Source: a bacterium
Lineage (GTDB): Bacteria; SAR324; NAC60-12
NCBI GenBank assembly: GCA_965205865.1
Contig: CBDBHR010000028.1
Coordinates: 96,001-160,000 of the forward strand
Direction: 5' to 3'
DNA length: 64,000 bases
The position numbers were made by a program, and so were the translations under genes. Shown here piece after piece: positions 40,607 to 51,858 of this stretch (position 1 is its first letter; every line of letters starts with the position of its first letter). Below the pieces are notes generated by a model, which worked only from the letters and a program-made list of their open reading frames with translations, did not search any database and was not told where the DNA came from.

Positions 40607-42130
40607 ATGAATGTAAGAGAACATACTCTATACGAACGAATTGTGGAAAATGCAAGATTGCATGGAAACAAGCCAGCCTTCACTTTCAAGGACCAATCCC
40701 TGTCTTTCAGCGAATATTTAAAGCAAGTCAATCAACTCTCTCACGGGTTGACGACGGCTGGTCTGAAACGAGGAGATCGTCTGGCAGTTTTGATGGACAA
40801 CAACTTGGAATATCCCTTGATATATGGCGCGTGCGCCCAAACCGGTATCATTGCTGTCGGCCTCAACATTCGCGCTTCTGCAGAAGAAATGAAATTGTTT
40901 CTGAAAAATATCGGGCCAAAGATGCTGTTCTTTGAGAAAAAATATGAAGAAGCGGCTGGAATGTTGCAGAATTATTTATCCATGAATCACCTGGTTTCTG
41001 CCGATCCAACAGCTCTCGACGCGACTCTTTTTAAGGATTTTATTGATACCATCACTTTCTCGAATCTGCCATCTCAAAAGGGAAAAGACGCGCCAGGTCA
41101 GGAGGACGGGTATATGATTATCCCAACCGCGGCAGTGGATGGGATTCCCAAGGGAGCCCTCTTGAGTCAGAGGAATATTTTGATATCCAACATGTTGAGC
41201 ATCAGCGAATATGGTAAAGAAAACATTGAGTGTTACCTGGCACTCTTGCCTTTATTTCACGTGGCAGGATTGACGGGAACTTGGGCTACTTTCCATGTGG
41301 GAGGGCATACGGTGCTCATGGAAAAATTTGAACCCACACAGGTAGTGGATCTTGTTGAAGAGCACCAACTCACCTATTTCGGATCTTTCCCACCAATTTT
41401 GGAAAATGTCCTCAATGCCGCCAAAGCCAAAGGAAGCCGGCTGCCAAGTTTGAAAATGGTGACCGGATTGGAATTTGGACCCGCGATCATCGAGAGGCTG
41501 TACGAAGAAACCCAAGCCGAATTCTGGGTGGGATTTGGTCAAACCGAAACCAGCGGATTTGTCTCTACTTGTCCCTTCAAAGAGCATCCGGGTTCGGCAG
41601 GACGACCGAGTGTCTACAATTCGATTGCTATTGTCGATGAAGCCGGTCGGCCCGTTGCTCCTGGAGAAGAAGGAGAGATTGTGGTTCGTGGAGAAAACAT
41701 TTTTCTCGAATACTGGGGCGATGAGGACGCCACGCAGTATACCTTGCGCAATGGCTGGCACCATTGCGGAGATATCGGGAAAATGGACGAAGAGGGCTAT
41801 CTCTGGTATGTGAAACCCAAAGCGGAGAAGGAATTGATCAAAACTGGAGGAGAAAACGTCTATCCTGCAGAAGTGGAGTTGGTTTTATCGAAACATCCTG
41901 CTATCGAACGTTGTGCTGTAATAGGAACTCCCGACAAGAGATGGGGAATTGCGGTCAAGGCTGTTTGTCAGCTGAAAGCAGGTGCTACCCTCACTCTCGA
42001 GGAAGTTTCAGGATTTGTCGGCAGTCAAATTGCCGGTTACAAAAAACCACGATATGCTGAGTTTGTGGAAAATATACCTGAAAAAGATGGTAAAGTGGAC
42101 CGGGATAAAGTGAAAGAATTTTACGGATGA
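40607..42130 (+). CDS. AMP-dependent acyl-CoA synthetase
   Basis: PTAAVDGIPKG, GFGQTE, HHCGD, IKTGGENVYPAEVE. Confidence 0.9.
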   Translation: MNVREHTLYERIVENARLHGNKPAFTFKDQSLSFSEYLKQVNQLSHGLTTAGLKRGDRLAVLMDNNLEYPLIYGACAQTGIIAVGLNIRASAEEMKLFLKNIGPKMLFFEKKYEEAAGMLQNYLSMNHLVSADPTALDATLFKDFIDTITFSNLPSQKGKDAPGQEDGYMIIPTAAVDGIPKGALLSQRNILISNMLSISEYGKENIECYLALLPLFHVAGLTGTWATFHVGGHTVLMEKFEPTQVVDLVEEHQLTYFGSFPPILENVLNAAKAKGSRLPSLKMVTGLEFGPAIIERLYEETQAEFWVGFGQTETSGFVSTCPFKEHPGSAGRPSVYNSIAIVDEAGRPVAPGEEGEIVVRGENIFLEYWGDEDATQYTLRNGWHHCGDIGKMDEEGYLWYVKPKAEKELIKTGGENVYPAEVELVLSKHPAIERCAVIGTPDKRWGIAVKAVCQLKAGATLTLEEVSGFVGSQIAGYKKPRYAEFVENIPEKDGKVDRDKVKEFYG

Positions 42131-42167
42131 GTCCGGTCAACAGCTTCTTTAATCATAGGAATTGCTT

Positions 42168-43535
42168 ATGTCTGCGGCATTGAAAAAAAATTCGACGGTG
42201 ATGCCTGTCCGTAAAAGAGAAATCTTCGGCTGGGCCATGTATGATTTTGCCAACTCGAGTTACACGACTGTAGTCATCACAGTCGTTTATTCAGTCTTTT
42301 TTGTGGAACACATTGTCCCCGCATCTTCCCCGGCACGGGATTCATTCTGGTCGCTTGCCATCATCCTGTCCACTCTGATTGCCCTTGTCTTGTCTCCTAT
42401 TGTCGGGGTTTTATGCGATTTTAGCGGACACAAGAAACGCTATTTGCTGGCAACGACAATTCTCTGTTCCCTGGCGACCATGAGCATTTTCTGGGTCGGA
42501 CCTGGCATGATTGCTCTGGGAATCACCTTGCTGGTGGTCAGCAATACGGCATTCATGCTCAGCGAAATATTCTGCGCCAGTTTTCTGCCGGAGCTTGCCA
42601 ATAAAAAAAATATGGCCATGATTTCAGGGATTGGCTGGGGGATTGGATACATGGGGGGGCTGGCCAGTTTGATTCTGGTACTGCAAATCATTCAAGATGT
42701 TGACCCTGCCAATGACTATGCGGGGTTTGTTGAGAGAAATCAATGGGCGATGGTGGCAATTGGGATCTTTTTTTTCATAGCAGCCATCCCCACCTTCCTG
42801 CTGGTGCGCGAACGATCTAGGCCGGCAGCTGGTTTTGAGATCTTTGACGGGAAAAAATTACTCATTGCCGGAATCAAAAGCTTTCAATCTTCCCTGACCT
42901 TGGTACGTCAATATCCGATCCTCTTTCAATTCTTGGCCGCATTCATGGTCTACATGGCGGGTATTGAAGTGGTTATAAAATTCGTGGGCATTTATGCAAC
43001 TGCAGAATTGAAGTTCAAAACTGCAGAATTAACGGTGATGTTTCTTATTCTGCAGTTCAGCGCCATGGGAGGGGCTTTAGGATTTGGCTGGCTGGAATCA
43101 AGAATTGGTCCCAAGAAAACGGTACTTTGGACATTGGTTTTGTGGGTTGCCGGAGTTTTGGGAATCTTTTTTCTGGATTCGATTGCCTCAGCGTTCACCC
43201 AATCGCCCAAAAATATTTTCTTTGCCATTTCTCTCATCGCCGGTGCTGGAATCGGAGCGACACAGAGTTCCAGCCGAGCCGTCGTGGGGATGTTGACACC
43301 TTCCAATCGTTCTGGGCAAATGTTCGGTTTTTGGGGTTTTTTCCTCAAACTGGCGACCATATTAGGGATGAGCTTCGGGTTTGTTTCCGATGCGCTGGAT
43401 TCCAGACGAATGGCATTGCTATTGATAATTGGTTTCTTCATCGTCGGCGGTTACATGCTTATGCGGATTCCTCTGGCACAAGGTATCACAGACTCCGTTG
43501 CCAACCAAGAAGGTCTCGAATCTGAAGAAAAATGA
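42168..43535 (+). CDS. MFS transporter (UMF1/Atg22-like)
   Basis: GWAMYDFANSSY, SGIGWGIGYMGG, QSSSRA. Confidence 0.9.
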   Translation: MSAALKKNSTVMPVRKREIFGWAMYDFANSSYTTVVITVVYSVFFVEHIVPASSPARDSFWSLAIILSTLIALVLSPIVGVLCDFSGHKKRYLLATTILCSLATMSIFWVGPGMIALGITLLVVSNTAFMLSEIFCASFLPELANKKNMAMISGIGWGIGYMGGLASLILVLQIIQDVDPANDYAGFVERNQWAMVAIGIFFFIAAIPTFLLVRERSRPAAGFEIFDGKKLLIAGIKSFQSSLTLVRQYPILFQFLAAFMVYMAGIEVVIKFVGIYATAELKFKTAELTVMFLILQFSAMGGALGFGWLESRIGPKKTVLWTLVLWVAGVLGIFFLDSIASAFTQSPKNIFFAISLIAGAGIGATQSSSRAVVGMLTPSNRSGQMFGFWGFFLKLATILGMSFGFVSDALDSRRMALLLIIGFFIVGGYMLMRIPLAQGITDSVANQEGLESEEK

Positions 43536-43556
43536 ATCCAATTAGCCCGAATCATC

Positions 43557-44606
43557 ATGAAAGACACGCCTGAAATCACTGGAGTGCGCAGCGCTCATCG
43601 TATTGATGAGTCCAGCCTACAGACATATCTGAGTCGGCATTTGCCCGATTTCTCCGGAACTTTACAAGTGCGTCAGTTTGAAGGAGGACAATCCAATCCG
43701 ACATACTATCTATCGGCTGGTAGTAAGCGGTATGTGATGCGCAAAAAGCCTCCAGGAGAAATTTTACGGTCTGCCCATCAAGTTGATCGTGAATACAGGG
43801 TGATGTCAGCGCTGTCTGACACCGACGTCGTTGTGCCAGAGATGTACCTCTTCTGCGAAGACCCGGCGGTCGTTGGTACCGAATTTTTTATTATGGAAAT
43901 GATTGATGGACGAGTGATAACCGATGTGAGCTTGCCGAATTTTACACCCGTAGAACGACGGGCTCTTTATAATCAATTTATAGAACTACTGGTGACACTG
44001 CATCAAGTGGATTACAAGACCGTTGGACTTGAAGCAGGGTTTGGGCGGCCTGGTAATTATTTTTCCCGTCAAATTTCCCGTTGGTCCAAGCAATATGATG
44101 CTTCCAAAACAGAGGAACTGGAAACGATGGAACGTTTGATGCGGTGGCTTCCGGAAAATATCCCATCGGGGGACGAAACTGTGATCGTCCATGGTGATTA
44201 CCGTATCGGGAATTGCATCATCCATCCTACCAAACCTCGCATCGTGGCATTGCTGGACTGGGAGTTGTCAACATTGGGACATCCCATGGGAGATCTCGCA
44301 TACGCATGCATGAGTTATTACAGTGGTACCACAGCAGGCGACCTCACTCCGAAAAAACTCTTTGGATCAGGAATTCCAAATGAAAAGGAATTCGTAGCAC
44401 GTTATTGCGCACTCAGTGGACGGGATTCGATTGAAAATTGGATCTTTTACGTGGTCTACAATTTGTTTCGCTCGGCTGCGATTGTTCAAGGTGTCTACAA
44501 ACGAGGATTGGATGGCAACGCCAGTTCGGAATATGCCATCACCATGGGAGAAATTTGTAAAAACCAAGCCACTCGAGGATGGTCTCTGGTCGAAAAAAAC
44601 GGCTGA
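43557..44606 (+). CDS. Phosphotransferase family protein (ACAD10/11 N-terminal-like)
   Basis: GGQSNPTY, SAHQVDREY, VHGDYRIGN, LDWELSTLGHP. Confidence 0.92.
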   Translation: MKDTPEITGVRSAHRIDESSLQTYLSRHLPDFSGTLQVRQFEGGQSNPTYYLSAGSKRYVMRKKPPGEILRSAHQVDREYRVMSALSDTDVVVPEMYLFCEDPAVVGTEFFIMEMIDGRVITDVSLPNFTPVERRALYNQFIELLVTLHQVDYKTVGLEAGFGRPGNYFSRQISRWSKQYDASKTEELETMERLMRWLPENIPSGDETVIVHGDYRIGNCIIHPTKPRIVALLDWELSTLGHPMGDLAYACMSYYSGTTAGDLTPKKLFGSGIPNEKEFVARYCALSGRDSIENWIFYVVYNLFRSAAIVQGVYKRGLDGNASSEYAITMGEICKNQATRGWSLVEKNG

Positions 44607-44817
44607 AGGCGACCTGGGGAAAATATTATGGGCAGCAAAGGGGGTGATAGATGGATACAACGCATGTAACCGGAACGACCAGTCCCCAATCCGGAAAAGC
44701 CAAGGGAAGGACGATTTTTAATAGAGGATTATTAATCACTGCATTGTTCGCATCTATTATATCTTTAACATTTTAGTCGCGCATGACAACATCAATTCTT
44801 AAATAAGGAGCATTTCC

Positions 44818-45800
44818 ATGACGGACACTACCTTGGACGGCCGAGACGATAAAAGTAAATGGCAACCTGAACCTCTCAAAGAGGACGGAATTTATTTCTG
44901 GCCTATTCGGCTCCGCACATCTCTTCAATGGCTGAAAGGCTATTTCTTCAGTCCTATCTCCCTCTTCCACACGGCTCTTCCGCTCCTGACTTGGTTTTAT
45001 CTGACGCCTGATCTGGCGAGCATGAAGACCTTTGAACTCGACTGGATTGTGATAATCTTTATACGAAACGTGCTTCTTCTTACCCTGCTCAACTCGATCA
45101 TACACTATCGACTTTACGTCCGGAAGGCGCAGGGGACCCAATACAAGTACAATCCGAAATGGCCCGAGCGCAATCAAGCTGGCTTTCTCTTTCGCTACCA
45201 GACTGGGACAATATGTTTTGGGGCATAGTCAGTGGCTGCTCTATCTGGACAGGCTATGAGGTGGTGAGCTACTGGATGTTCGCCAACGGCTATATGCTTT
45301 TCCCTGTGGAATGGTTCGATTCTCCAATCTATTTCGTGTTACTCTACCTCGCGATCCCACATTTACGTGCTCATCACTTCTATTTCACCCACAGACTGAC
45401 ACATTGGAAACCGTTGTACAAAGCCGCGCACTATCTGCATCACAAGAATACCAACACGGGTCCCTGGTCGGGACTCTCGATGCACCCCATTGAACACTTG
45501 ATCTACTTTTCCGGGGCAATACTGCACTGGATCATCCCCTCACATCCTTTGCACGTACTTTCCCATCTGCAACATACAGGTATGGCACCCGTGTGGGGAC
45601 ACAGCGGGTTTGAAAAGCTCATTCTCAAAAAGACCGAAATCAAATTATCAGATAATTTTCACGACCTGCACCATCGCTACTTCGAATGCAACTATGGGGG
45701 GCCTGAGACGCCCTGGGATCGGTGGTTCGGCAACTACCACGATGGAACGGAAGAAGCCCACAAGCTCATGAAGGATCGTTTGAAAATGATGCGCAGTTGA
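44818..45800 (+). pseudogene. Sterol desaturase / fatty-acid hydroxylase family, frameshifted
   Basis: Two overlapping ORFs join at YQT|WDN (~45203); His boxes HFYFTHR, HYLHH, HDLHH. Confidence 0.8.
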
Positions 45801-45832
45801 CGCAAGAGAATTTGGTCCTTTCTTCACGACTA

Positions 45833-46612
45833 TCAATCTTTGTTCAAGCGCTTACTTGAAGTGTGCTCATAAATATAGAATCGGGAGCCCCAACAATCAA
45901 AGGTTTGTAGTGGTTTAAACAAACCTCTCGCTGTAATGAAATTCGTATAATCGGTAGTATGGCTATGATAAATCAGCCATGCTTTTCTGGGGAACGTCTT
46001 TAATGACAAATGGATCCGATCCAGGCACCAGCTTAAGATATATTCATCAAATGGGTGAAAAAAATAAAAAAAATTGTCTTCATTTTGCACTTCATAATTG
46101 ACAACATCGGTATGAATCAACTCGAAGTTTACTTTTCCGTTTCTTTTTACGTAGTCTTGTATATTACCGAGTGCTATTTTATACAGTGTTAGGCTGAACT
46201 CCAATCCTTTGATTCTATCAATTCCGCATTCAGCAGACATGATCATCACTCTTCCTTGCCCCGCCCCATAATCTACCAGTACGATGAAATCTGTCGAGAG
46301 GTTCAGTGTTTTGATCATTTTTTTAAATGGGACAATTGGAGTTGCGCAATAGAAAGTGGCATGTTTTTTATTGATCAGATGATCTTCAATATGCTTAGAG
46401 TTCAATAGAAACTCATCTGTTTTTCGATACGCTCCAAACCAAATCCACTCTCTTAAGTAGTTTAATAAAAAAAGACAGTTGGAGTAAGTACTTCTACTAA
46501 AAATAGAGTGAACGGCTGCTCTCAGCACTTTACCTGGAATAGAAATTTCTCTAACTCTAGTTCTGATTTGCTGGTTCATTCTATATTTGAATCTGGTGTT
46601 AAATTCTTCCAA
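45833..46612 (-). CDS. Class I SAM-dependent methyltransferase
   Basis: LVDYGAGQGRV, GLEFS, FYFFHPF. Confidence 0.75.
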   Translation of the reverse strand: MEEFNTRFKYRMNQQIRTRVREISIPGKVLRAAVHSIFSRSTYSNCLFLLNYLREWIWFGAYRKTDEFLLNSKHIEDHLINKKHATFYCATPIVPFKKMIKTLNLSTDFIVLVDYGAGQGRVMIMSAECGIDRIKGLEFSLTLYKIALGNIQDYVKRNGKVNFELIHTDVVNYEVQNEDNFFYFFHPFDEYILSWCLDRIHLSLKTFPRKAWLIYHSHTTDYTNFITARGLFKPLQTFDCWGSRFYIYEHTSSKRLNKD

Positions 46613-46708
46613 CTAATTCGAGGACGCACTCCGTGAACCTTCCCCGAGTATGGACTTTCAGTCCACGGAAAAATCGTACTAATGTTCAGTTATTATAATT
46701 CGTATTCA

Positions 46709-47174
46709 CTACTCTAACAACGGATTCACTCGCCTGACATTTACTCCATAATCATAGTCCGGATATCTCCCTGTCATTCCGGATAGAATCAAGCCAACCA
46801 TGCCAATCAAAATGAGACACAGACAAAAAAGGTTGGTCACTGCATCTACTCCTTACCTATGAGAACGCCACCGACTAATTATCATTGAAGATGAAAAAAT
46901 AGTGACTGCAAAACTTTATTTTTGATGTGTTTCAATCACGTCGCGCAAAGCAGTGGTTTAATAGACAAAATGGGAATTCACTCCTGCGATACTCGCCACA
47001 TAGGTTTTTAATGTTCCAACCCACAACAAAATCCAGGAAGCGAGTTGCGAATTGGCACCGAGTTTGATGCCAGTGACCAAGCTCAGTCCGACGCTAACCA
47101 CCAAGAGAACAATCGGAAAATGAACGGTGATAGGGTGTAGATCTTCAATTTTGTGGGATCGATATTTGCAACAT
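46709..47174 (-). pseudogene. DUF2231-like membrane protein pseudogene
   Basis: LHPITVHFPIVLL..ETHQ..SGMTG..YDYGVNV with stops and frameshifts. Confidence 0.6.
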
Positions 47175-47289
47175 TTCTCCCTCCTTTACTCAGTGTTTTT
47201 TTCACATATTCGAAACGCATTATCTTATAAGGAGGCGAATAAATCTATTCAAAAAAGGGCACCTTTCATTTTCCAGTTTACAGTTCCTC

Positions 47290-47359
47290 TGTCATCCTCG
47301 CGAAGGCGGGGATCCATCTTCGTGACTACCACTAGATTCCTGCCCGCGCAGGAATGACA
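47290..47359. repeat. dRS3/RPE-like palindromic element, copy 3
   Basis: TGTCATCCTCGCGAAGGCGGGGATCCA ... TAGATTCCTGCCCGCGCAGGAATGACA. Confidence 0.85.
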
Positions 47360-47557
47360 ACAAAGGCGGCAAACTGTAAACCACTTTTTTCTATTTTTAA
47401 AGAGTCCCCAAAAAAGTAATATTTCGTAACATAGCTTTGAAAAATTTTTCCTTCATCTCTGCAAATGTGATACGCTAAAAATCCAGTGAAAATCACGCAT
47501 TGGAACACTATGGAAGTTTTTCTGTAGTGTCAACCTTTAATTAAAGGAAAGGGAATC

Positions 47558-48172
47558 ATGGTTTTGAGAATCTTTTTACTGGCAGTGGCATTTTCCTTGA
47601 TGGTTTCTTATGCAGGAGCCCAGGGGAAAATTCGGGGAACCTACGAAGTTTTGGGCAAACTTCCCCCTAAAAATAGTTTGGACAAAGTCGTTTTTGAGGA
47701 ATTTATCAATTTTGCCTGTCCCCACTGCAACAATTTTCGCTTACTTTCCAGGGAAATGAAAGAAAGGTACAAAGACCTTGTGGAGTTTGTCGATGTGCCG
47801 ATTTTGTTCCGGGGGCAGGACGATGCGCCATTGCGCTTGTATTATGTCGCCAAGTCTATGGGAAGGGCAGAGGAGGTGAGAAATGCAATTTTTGAGGCAC
47901 GCTTTAAATATGGCGTGAATGTATTTGATCCGGGAGTCATCAATTATCTGGCACGATCCCTTGGGCTGGGAGATGCCTATAAGCATGGTGCGCAAAAAGC
48001 AGAAATCACCCAAGCGATCGTGGAGGGAGAACAAAAATCGAGACTCTACAATATCACCGCCACACCTACCATTGTGCTTGCAAGAACTTTGAAATTGAGG
48101 GTCGGCAAAAGCATGGAATTCTTTGTAGATAGTCTACCCGATACCCTGGACGATCTCTTAAAACAAAATTGA
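47558..48172 (+). CDS. DsbA-family thiol:disulfide oxidoreductase
   Basis: Signal peptide, CPHC, cis-Pro motif ATPT. Confidence 0.85.
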   Translation: MVLRIFLLAVAFSLMVSYAGAQGKIRGTYEVLGKLPPKNSLDKVVFEEFINFACPHCNNFRLLSREMKERYKDLVEFVDVPILFRGQDDAPLRLYYVAKSMGRAEEVRNAIFEARFKYGVNVFDPGVINYLARSLGLGDAYKHGAQKAEITQAIVEGEQKSRLYNITATPTIVLARTLKLRVGKSMEFFVDSLPDTLDDLLKQN

Positions 48173-48239
48173 AGGTTAAAAATCCGCTCCCTCAATTAAA
48201 AAAAGGAAACCAGGTAGATTTGAAGTTCTTTGGCAATCA

Positions 48240-49148
48240 TTACAGGGAATCAAAAAAATCGCGCTCGCTGCTCATCAACAATGTGGTGCCTTGTTTGAGT
48301 GTCAGGCGATAGGCGTCGTGGGAGCGCTGGAATCTGAAGAATTCCGGATCTTTTCCATACGCATCCGCATAGGTGCTCAATGCAGTCGCATCGGCAACAC
48401 CTCGGATTTTTTCGGCCTCTTTTTCTGCCTCGGCCAGTAACTTCACCCGGTCCCGGTTCGCTTCGGAACGGATGGTAAGGGATTGTTCCTCTCCTTCAGA
48501 ACGATAACGTTTGGCGTCCCTTCGCCGTTCGGCTTCCATACGTCCGTATACTGCGCGACTATTCTCCGGTGGCAAATCAGCCCGTTTGATGCGTACATCG
48601 ACGATTTCGATACCAAACTCTTTGGCTTCTTCGCGGGCATTTCTGGTGATTTCGTTAAGGATACTGGTTCGCAGGTTGATAGCTTGTTCCAAATCCTTCA
48701 CCCCGCTTGTGGATCCGCCTTCATGGTCATCTCCGGAAACAATTTCTGTGAGTGTGTGCTTTCCCAGCACTTGACGCACCTGGGAATAGATAATGTCGTC
48801 CAGCCGGGCTTGGGCCCGAGTCGTGCTGCGCATGGTTCTGTAGAATTTCAAAGGATCCGTAACCTTCCACTTCGCGTAGTTGTCAACTACCATTTCTTTC
48901 TTGTCTTTGGTGAAAATAGAACCGGGATCCGCATCATAGGTTAGCTGGCGGTTGTCTACGGCAAAAATTCGTGTAATGAAAGGAATCCTGAATCGAATCC
49001 CCGGTTCGGTATAGATGGAAACCGGATCCCCCAAGCGAATTTTGATCGCATATTCCGTTTGATCAATTACAAATGCCGTGGCGGAGTAGACCACTACGAT
49101 AGCAATCACGGCGACAATTAAAATTTTAAATGCACTCAAACTTTTCAT
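48240..49148 (-). CDS. hflC: Protease modulator HflC
   Basis: TKDKK..VDNY, GIEIVDVRIKRADLP, RMEAER, DPEFF. Confidence 0.93.
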   Translation of the reverse strand: MKSLSAFKILIVAVIAIVVVYSATAFVIDQTEYAIKIRLGDPVSIYTEPGIRFRIPFITRIFAVDNRQLTYDADPGSIFTKDKKEMVVDNYAKWKVTDPLKFYRTMRSTTRAQARLDDIIYSQVRQVLGKHTLTEIVSGDDHEGGSTSGVKDLEQAINLRTSILNEITRNAREEAKEFGIEIVDVRIKRADLPPENSRAVYGRMEAERRRDAKRYRSEGEEQSLTIRSEANRDRVKLLAEAEKEAEKIRGVADATALSTYADAYGKDPEFFRFQRSHDAYRLTLKQGTTLLMSSERDFFDSL

Positions 49149-49373
49149 GGTTACTTTCTTGAATATGGTGAGATGTTAAACAAAAACAGATGCCATAGTT
49201 TCCACAGGAGAGGCACCATTCTTATTCTTTCAGTGAAGAGAATGCAATAGCGCAATATAACACCATCCCTCTTTTTTATATACATGTTTTTACAAATTTT
49301 CTTGTCAGGACGCTTGACGACAAAAGTAGAATGATATCATGTCTGATTTTAATACCTCCCAAGCGTGGATAAA

Positions 49374-50546
49374 TTAGGGGACTCCCACTTTTTGCAGCCA
49401 CGCCTCCACAAATTCCGCTTTATACGGCATGTGAGCTTCTCCGCATTGGAAGCCCATCTGAATTTCCTTTTTTTCTTCCTCAACAAATTCTGAAATCGCG
49501 GAACGAAATCCGGAATGCATAATCCAATGGGCGCTGTAAGTGAATTCAGGTAAAAATCCGCGCTGCACTTTGTGCCCCCCTTGCGCTCCGGCTTCAAATA
49601 AAGCGATTTTATGGGCAATGGCATATTCTATCGTCTGGTAATAGCATAGTTCGAAATGGAGACTCCTGAACTCTTCCAAACAACCCCAATATCTCCCATA
49701 AAGGCCGTTGCCTTTGTGATAGTTTACGGTCCCTGCCACCCAACTTCCTTCTGAGCGGGCCAGAACCAACACTACTTGATCTTTCATATCGAAAAACACT
49801 CGTCGGAAAAAATCGGGAGAGAGGTAGTCTATGGCGCCACGTTTGTATATGGTGGACAAGTAAAATTCATACATTATACCACTGTGCTCTTCTTGTAGGG
49901 CATTGCCGGTGAGCACATGAATTTTGATTCCTTGCTCTCTGACCTGACGCCGTTCTCTGAGGATTTCTTTTCTTCGTTTTCCTTTTAATGTTCTAAGAAA
50001 ATTATCAAAATCCGCATAACCACGATTTCTCCAGTGATACTGGCTGCTATGACGAACAATGAAACCGTTTTTTTCAAAGATCGGCACTTCCGTTGCCGGG
50101 ATAAACAAAAAATGCAATGAGCTGCATTGCCACTCTTCTGTCAATTTCAAGACAGTTTTCAACAATATGGCTTGTACTTGACGAGAGTCGGCTTGCGGAT
50201 GGATGAGAATCTTATTCCCGGTTGCCGGCGTGAACGGAACTGCTGAAACGAGTTTGGGGTAATAGTCAATGCCGTGTTGCATGTAAGCATGAGCCCAGGA
50301 CCAGTCAAAAATGTACTCTCCATAACTGTCGCTTTTCAAATAAAGATAGATCGCTCCGATTAATTTTTGCGACTCCCAAAGAGTCAGATAACAAGGTATC
50401 CACCCCGTTCGCTTGCCCACGCATCCTCCCATTTCCATGGCGCACAAGTAATCGTATTCTGAAAATGGGAAATGATCGCCGATCAGCAAACTCCACTCTG
50501 ACTTGGGAATGTCTCTCAGAGTATTGAATATCTTTAATTCCATCAT
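49374..50546 (-). CDS. GNAT/FemAB-related protein (DUF482-like)
   Basis: SYGEYIFDWSWA, YYPKL..VPFTP, LHFELCYYQ, EAGAQGGHK. Confidence 0.9.
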   Translation of the reverse strand: MMELKIFNTLRDIPKSEWSLLIGDHFPFSEYDYLCAMEMGGCVGKRTGWIPCYLTLWESQKLIGAIYLYLKSDSYGEYIFDWSWAHAYMQHGIDYYPKLVSAVPFTPATGNKILIHPQADSRQVQAILLKTVLKLTEEWQCSSLHFLFIPATEVPIFEKNGFIVRHSSQYHWRNRGYADFDNFLRTLKGKRRKEILRERRQVREQGIKIHVLTGNALQEEHSGIMYEFYLSTIYKRGAIDYLSPDFFRRVFFDMKDQVVLVLARSEGSWVAGTVNYHKGNGLYGRYWGCLEEFRSLHFELCYYQTIEYAIAHKIALFEAGAQGGHKVQRGFLPEFTYSAHWIMHSGFRSAISEFVEEEKKEIQMGFQCGEAHMPYKAEFVEAWLQKVGVP

Positions 50547-51209
50547 CCACGTTTTAGCTATCAAATCGCATCACGGTATCCACTATACGTGTACGCATTA
50601 ATTTGTTCCTGAGTTGAACGATTCACAGTAAAAAAGCTCTCAACCGTGGAAAAATTCGTTATATTTCAGTGAGTAACACTGATTTTACGACGAAATCCAA
50701 CACAACCGGACCGGTAGAGAGCTTTATGAAATGTGGAGCGTGATGTCGTTCCCTGTCCATCCCATGTAGCGGGCGGTTCTACTGACGTTTTGATAGTCCG
50801 AGACCGTGTGGATGTGACTCGCCACCGACGGAACGCTGTCGGCAGTCTCGTCCTGCGCCATCGCATGCGCTGTTGTCAAGACCATCATCGCCACAATGGT
50901 AGGCCGTAAGATCATTGGGGCGCGGAATCCATAAATCATAGAAAACCTTCTTTTCTCGCATAATAATAAACCAGAAAATAATAGCATCTGGAAATATGTA
51001 AGTAAAGCCTGGATTGAGCGATTGGTAGTGGCGTAAAACTAAATGACAGGGTATTCTTCGGTGGAGAAGACTGCCAACCTATCGACGTGGTTGAGGTGGA
51101 TGAGCTATGGTCCGTAAGTTGAATGGAGTGAGCATCTTGCGCGCAAAAAGGGGTCCGGACGGCCTCTCTACTTTATTTTTTGGGATTCTATAAATTTCAG
51201 GGCTGGTCG

Positions 51210-51842
51210 ATGAATGAACGTCGAAATAAAAAGGTGGAAGCTTATTACAGCAACAAAATCCCTTATGTTGAACTATTGATCGACAATGTGTGGGACCCTC
51301 ACAATGTGTCGGCTGTTGCCAGAACCGCTGATGGATTGGGCATTTCTGAGATCAACCTTTATTACACTTACAATGAATTTCCCAAATTACGCCAAGTGGG
51401 CAAAAAAACCAGTGCCAGCGCCAATCAATGGATGTATTTTAATAAAATTGAGGATCTTCCAAGTTTCGTAGCGCAAAAAAAATCCCTGGGTTTTGTTTTT
51501 CTGGGAGCAGGTCCGGGGAATTCTGCGAAGCAATTGCCACAATTCAAATTTCCCCAAAAATGTGTGATCCTATTGGGAGCGGAAAGTAGGGGAATGTCTC
51601 CCGAACTCGAGGCAATTTGTGATGAATTTATCTACGTCCCGATGGTGGGTATGGTTACCAGTTACAATATTTCTGTGGCAGCAGCCATCATCCTCTATGA
51701 AGTATTTCGGCAAAAGGGCCAATCATTGCGTTTGAAACCGGCAGAGGACTTTCAAAAGCACCATCATCACAATCACTCCCTTTCCCCACGTCAAGCGCAA
51801 AAAAGTGAAAAATGTGGAATAAAAAAACCCACCACTTACTAA
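51210..51842 (+). CDS. TrmH/SpoU-family RNA methyltransferase
   Basis: DPHNVSAVART, LGAESRG, PMVGMVTSYNISVA. Confidence 0.88.
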   Translation: MNERRNKKVEAYYSNKIPYVELLIDNVWDPHNVSAVARTADGLGISEINLYYTYNEFPKLRQVGKKTSASANQWMYFNKIEDLPSFVAQKKSLGFVFLGAGPGNSAKQLPQFKFPQKCVILLGAESRGMSPELEAICDEFIYVPMVGMVTSYNISVAAAIILYEVFRQKGQSLRLKPAEDFQKHHHHNHSLSPRQAQKSEKCGIKKPTTY

Positions 51843-51858
51843 CCAACACCGGATGGTT

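Noticed and set aside
50724-50987. Small secreted-protein-like ORF
   Set aside because: Signal-peptide-like start but short and motif-less; probably a gene fragment
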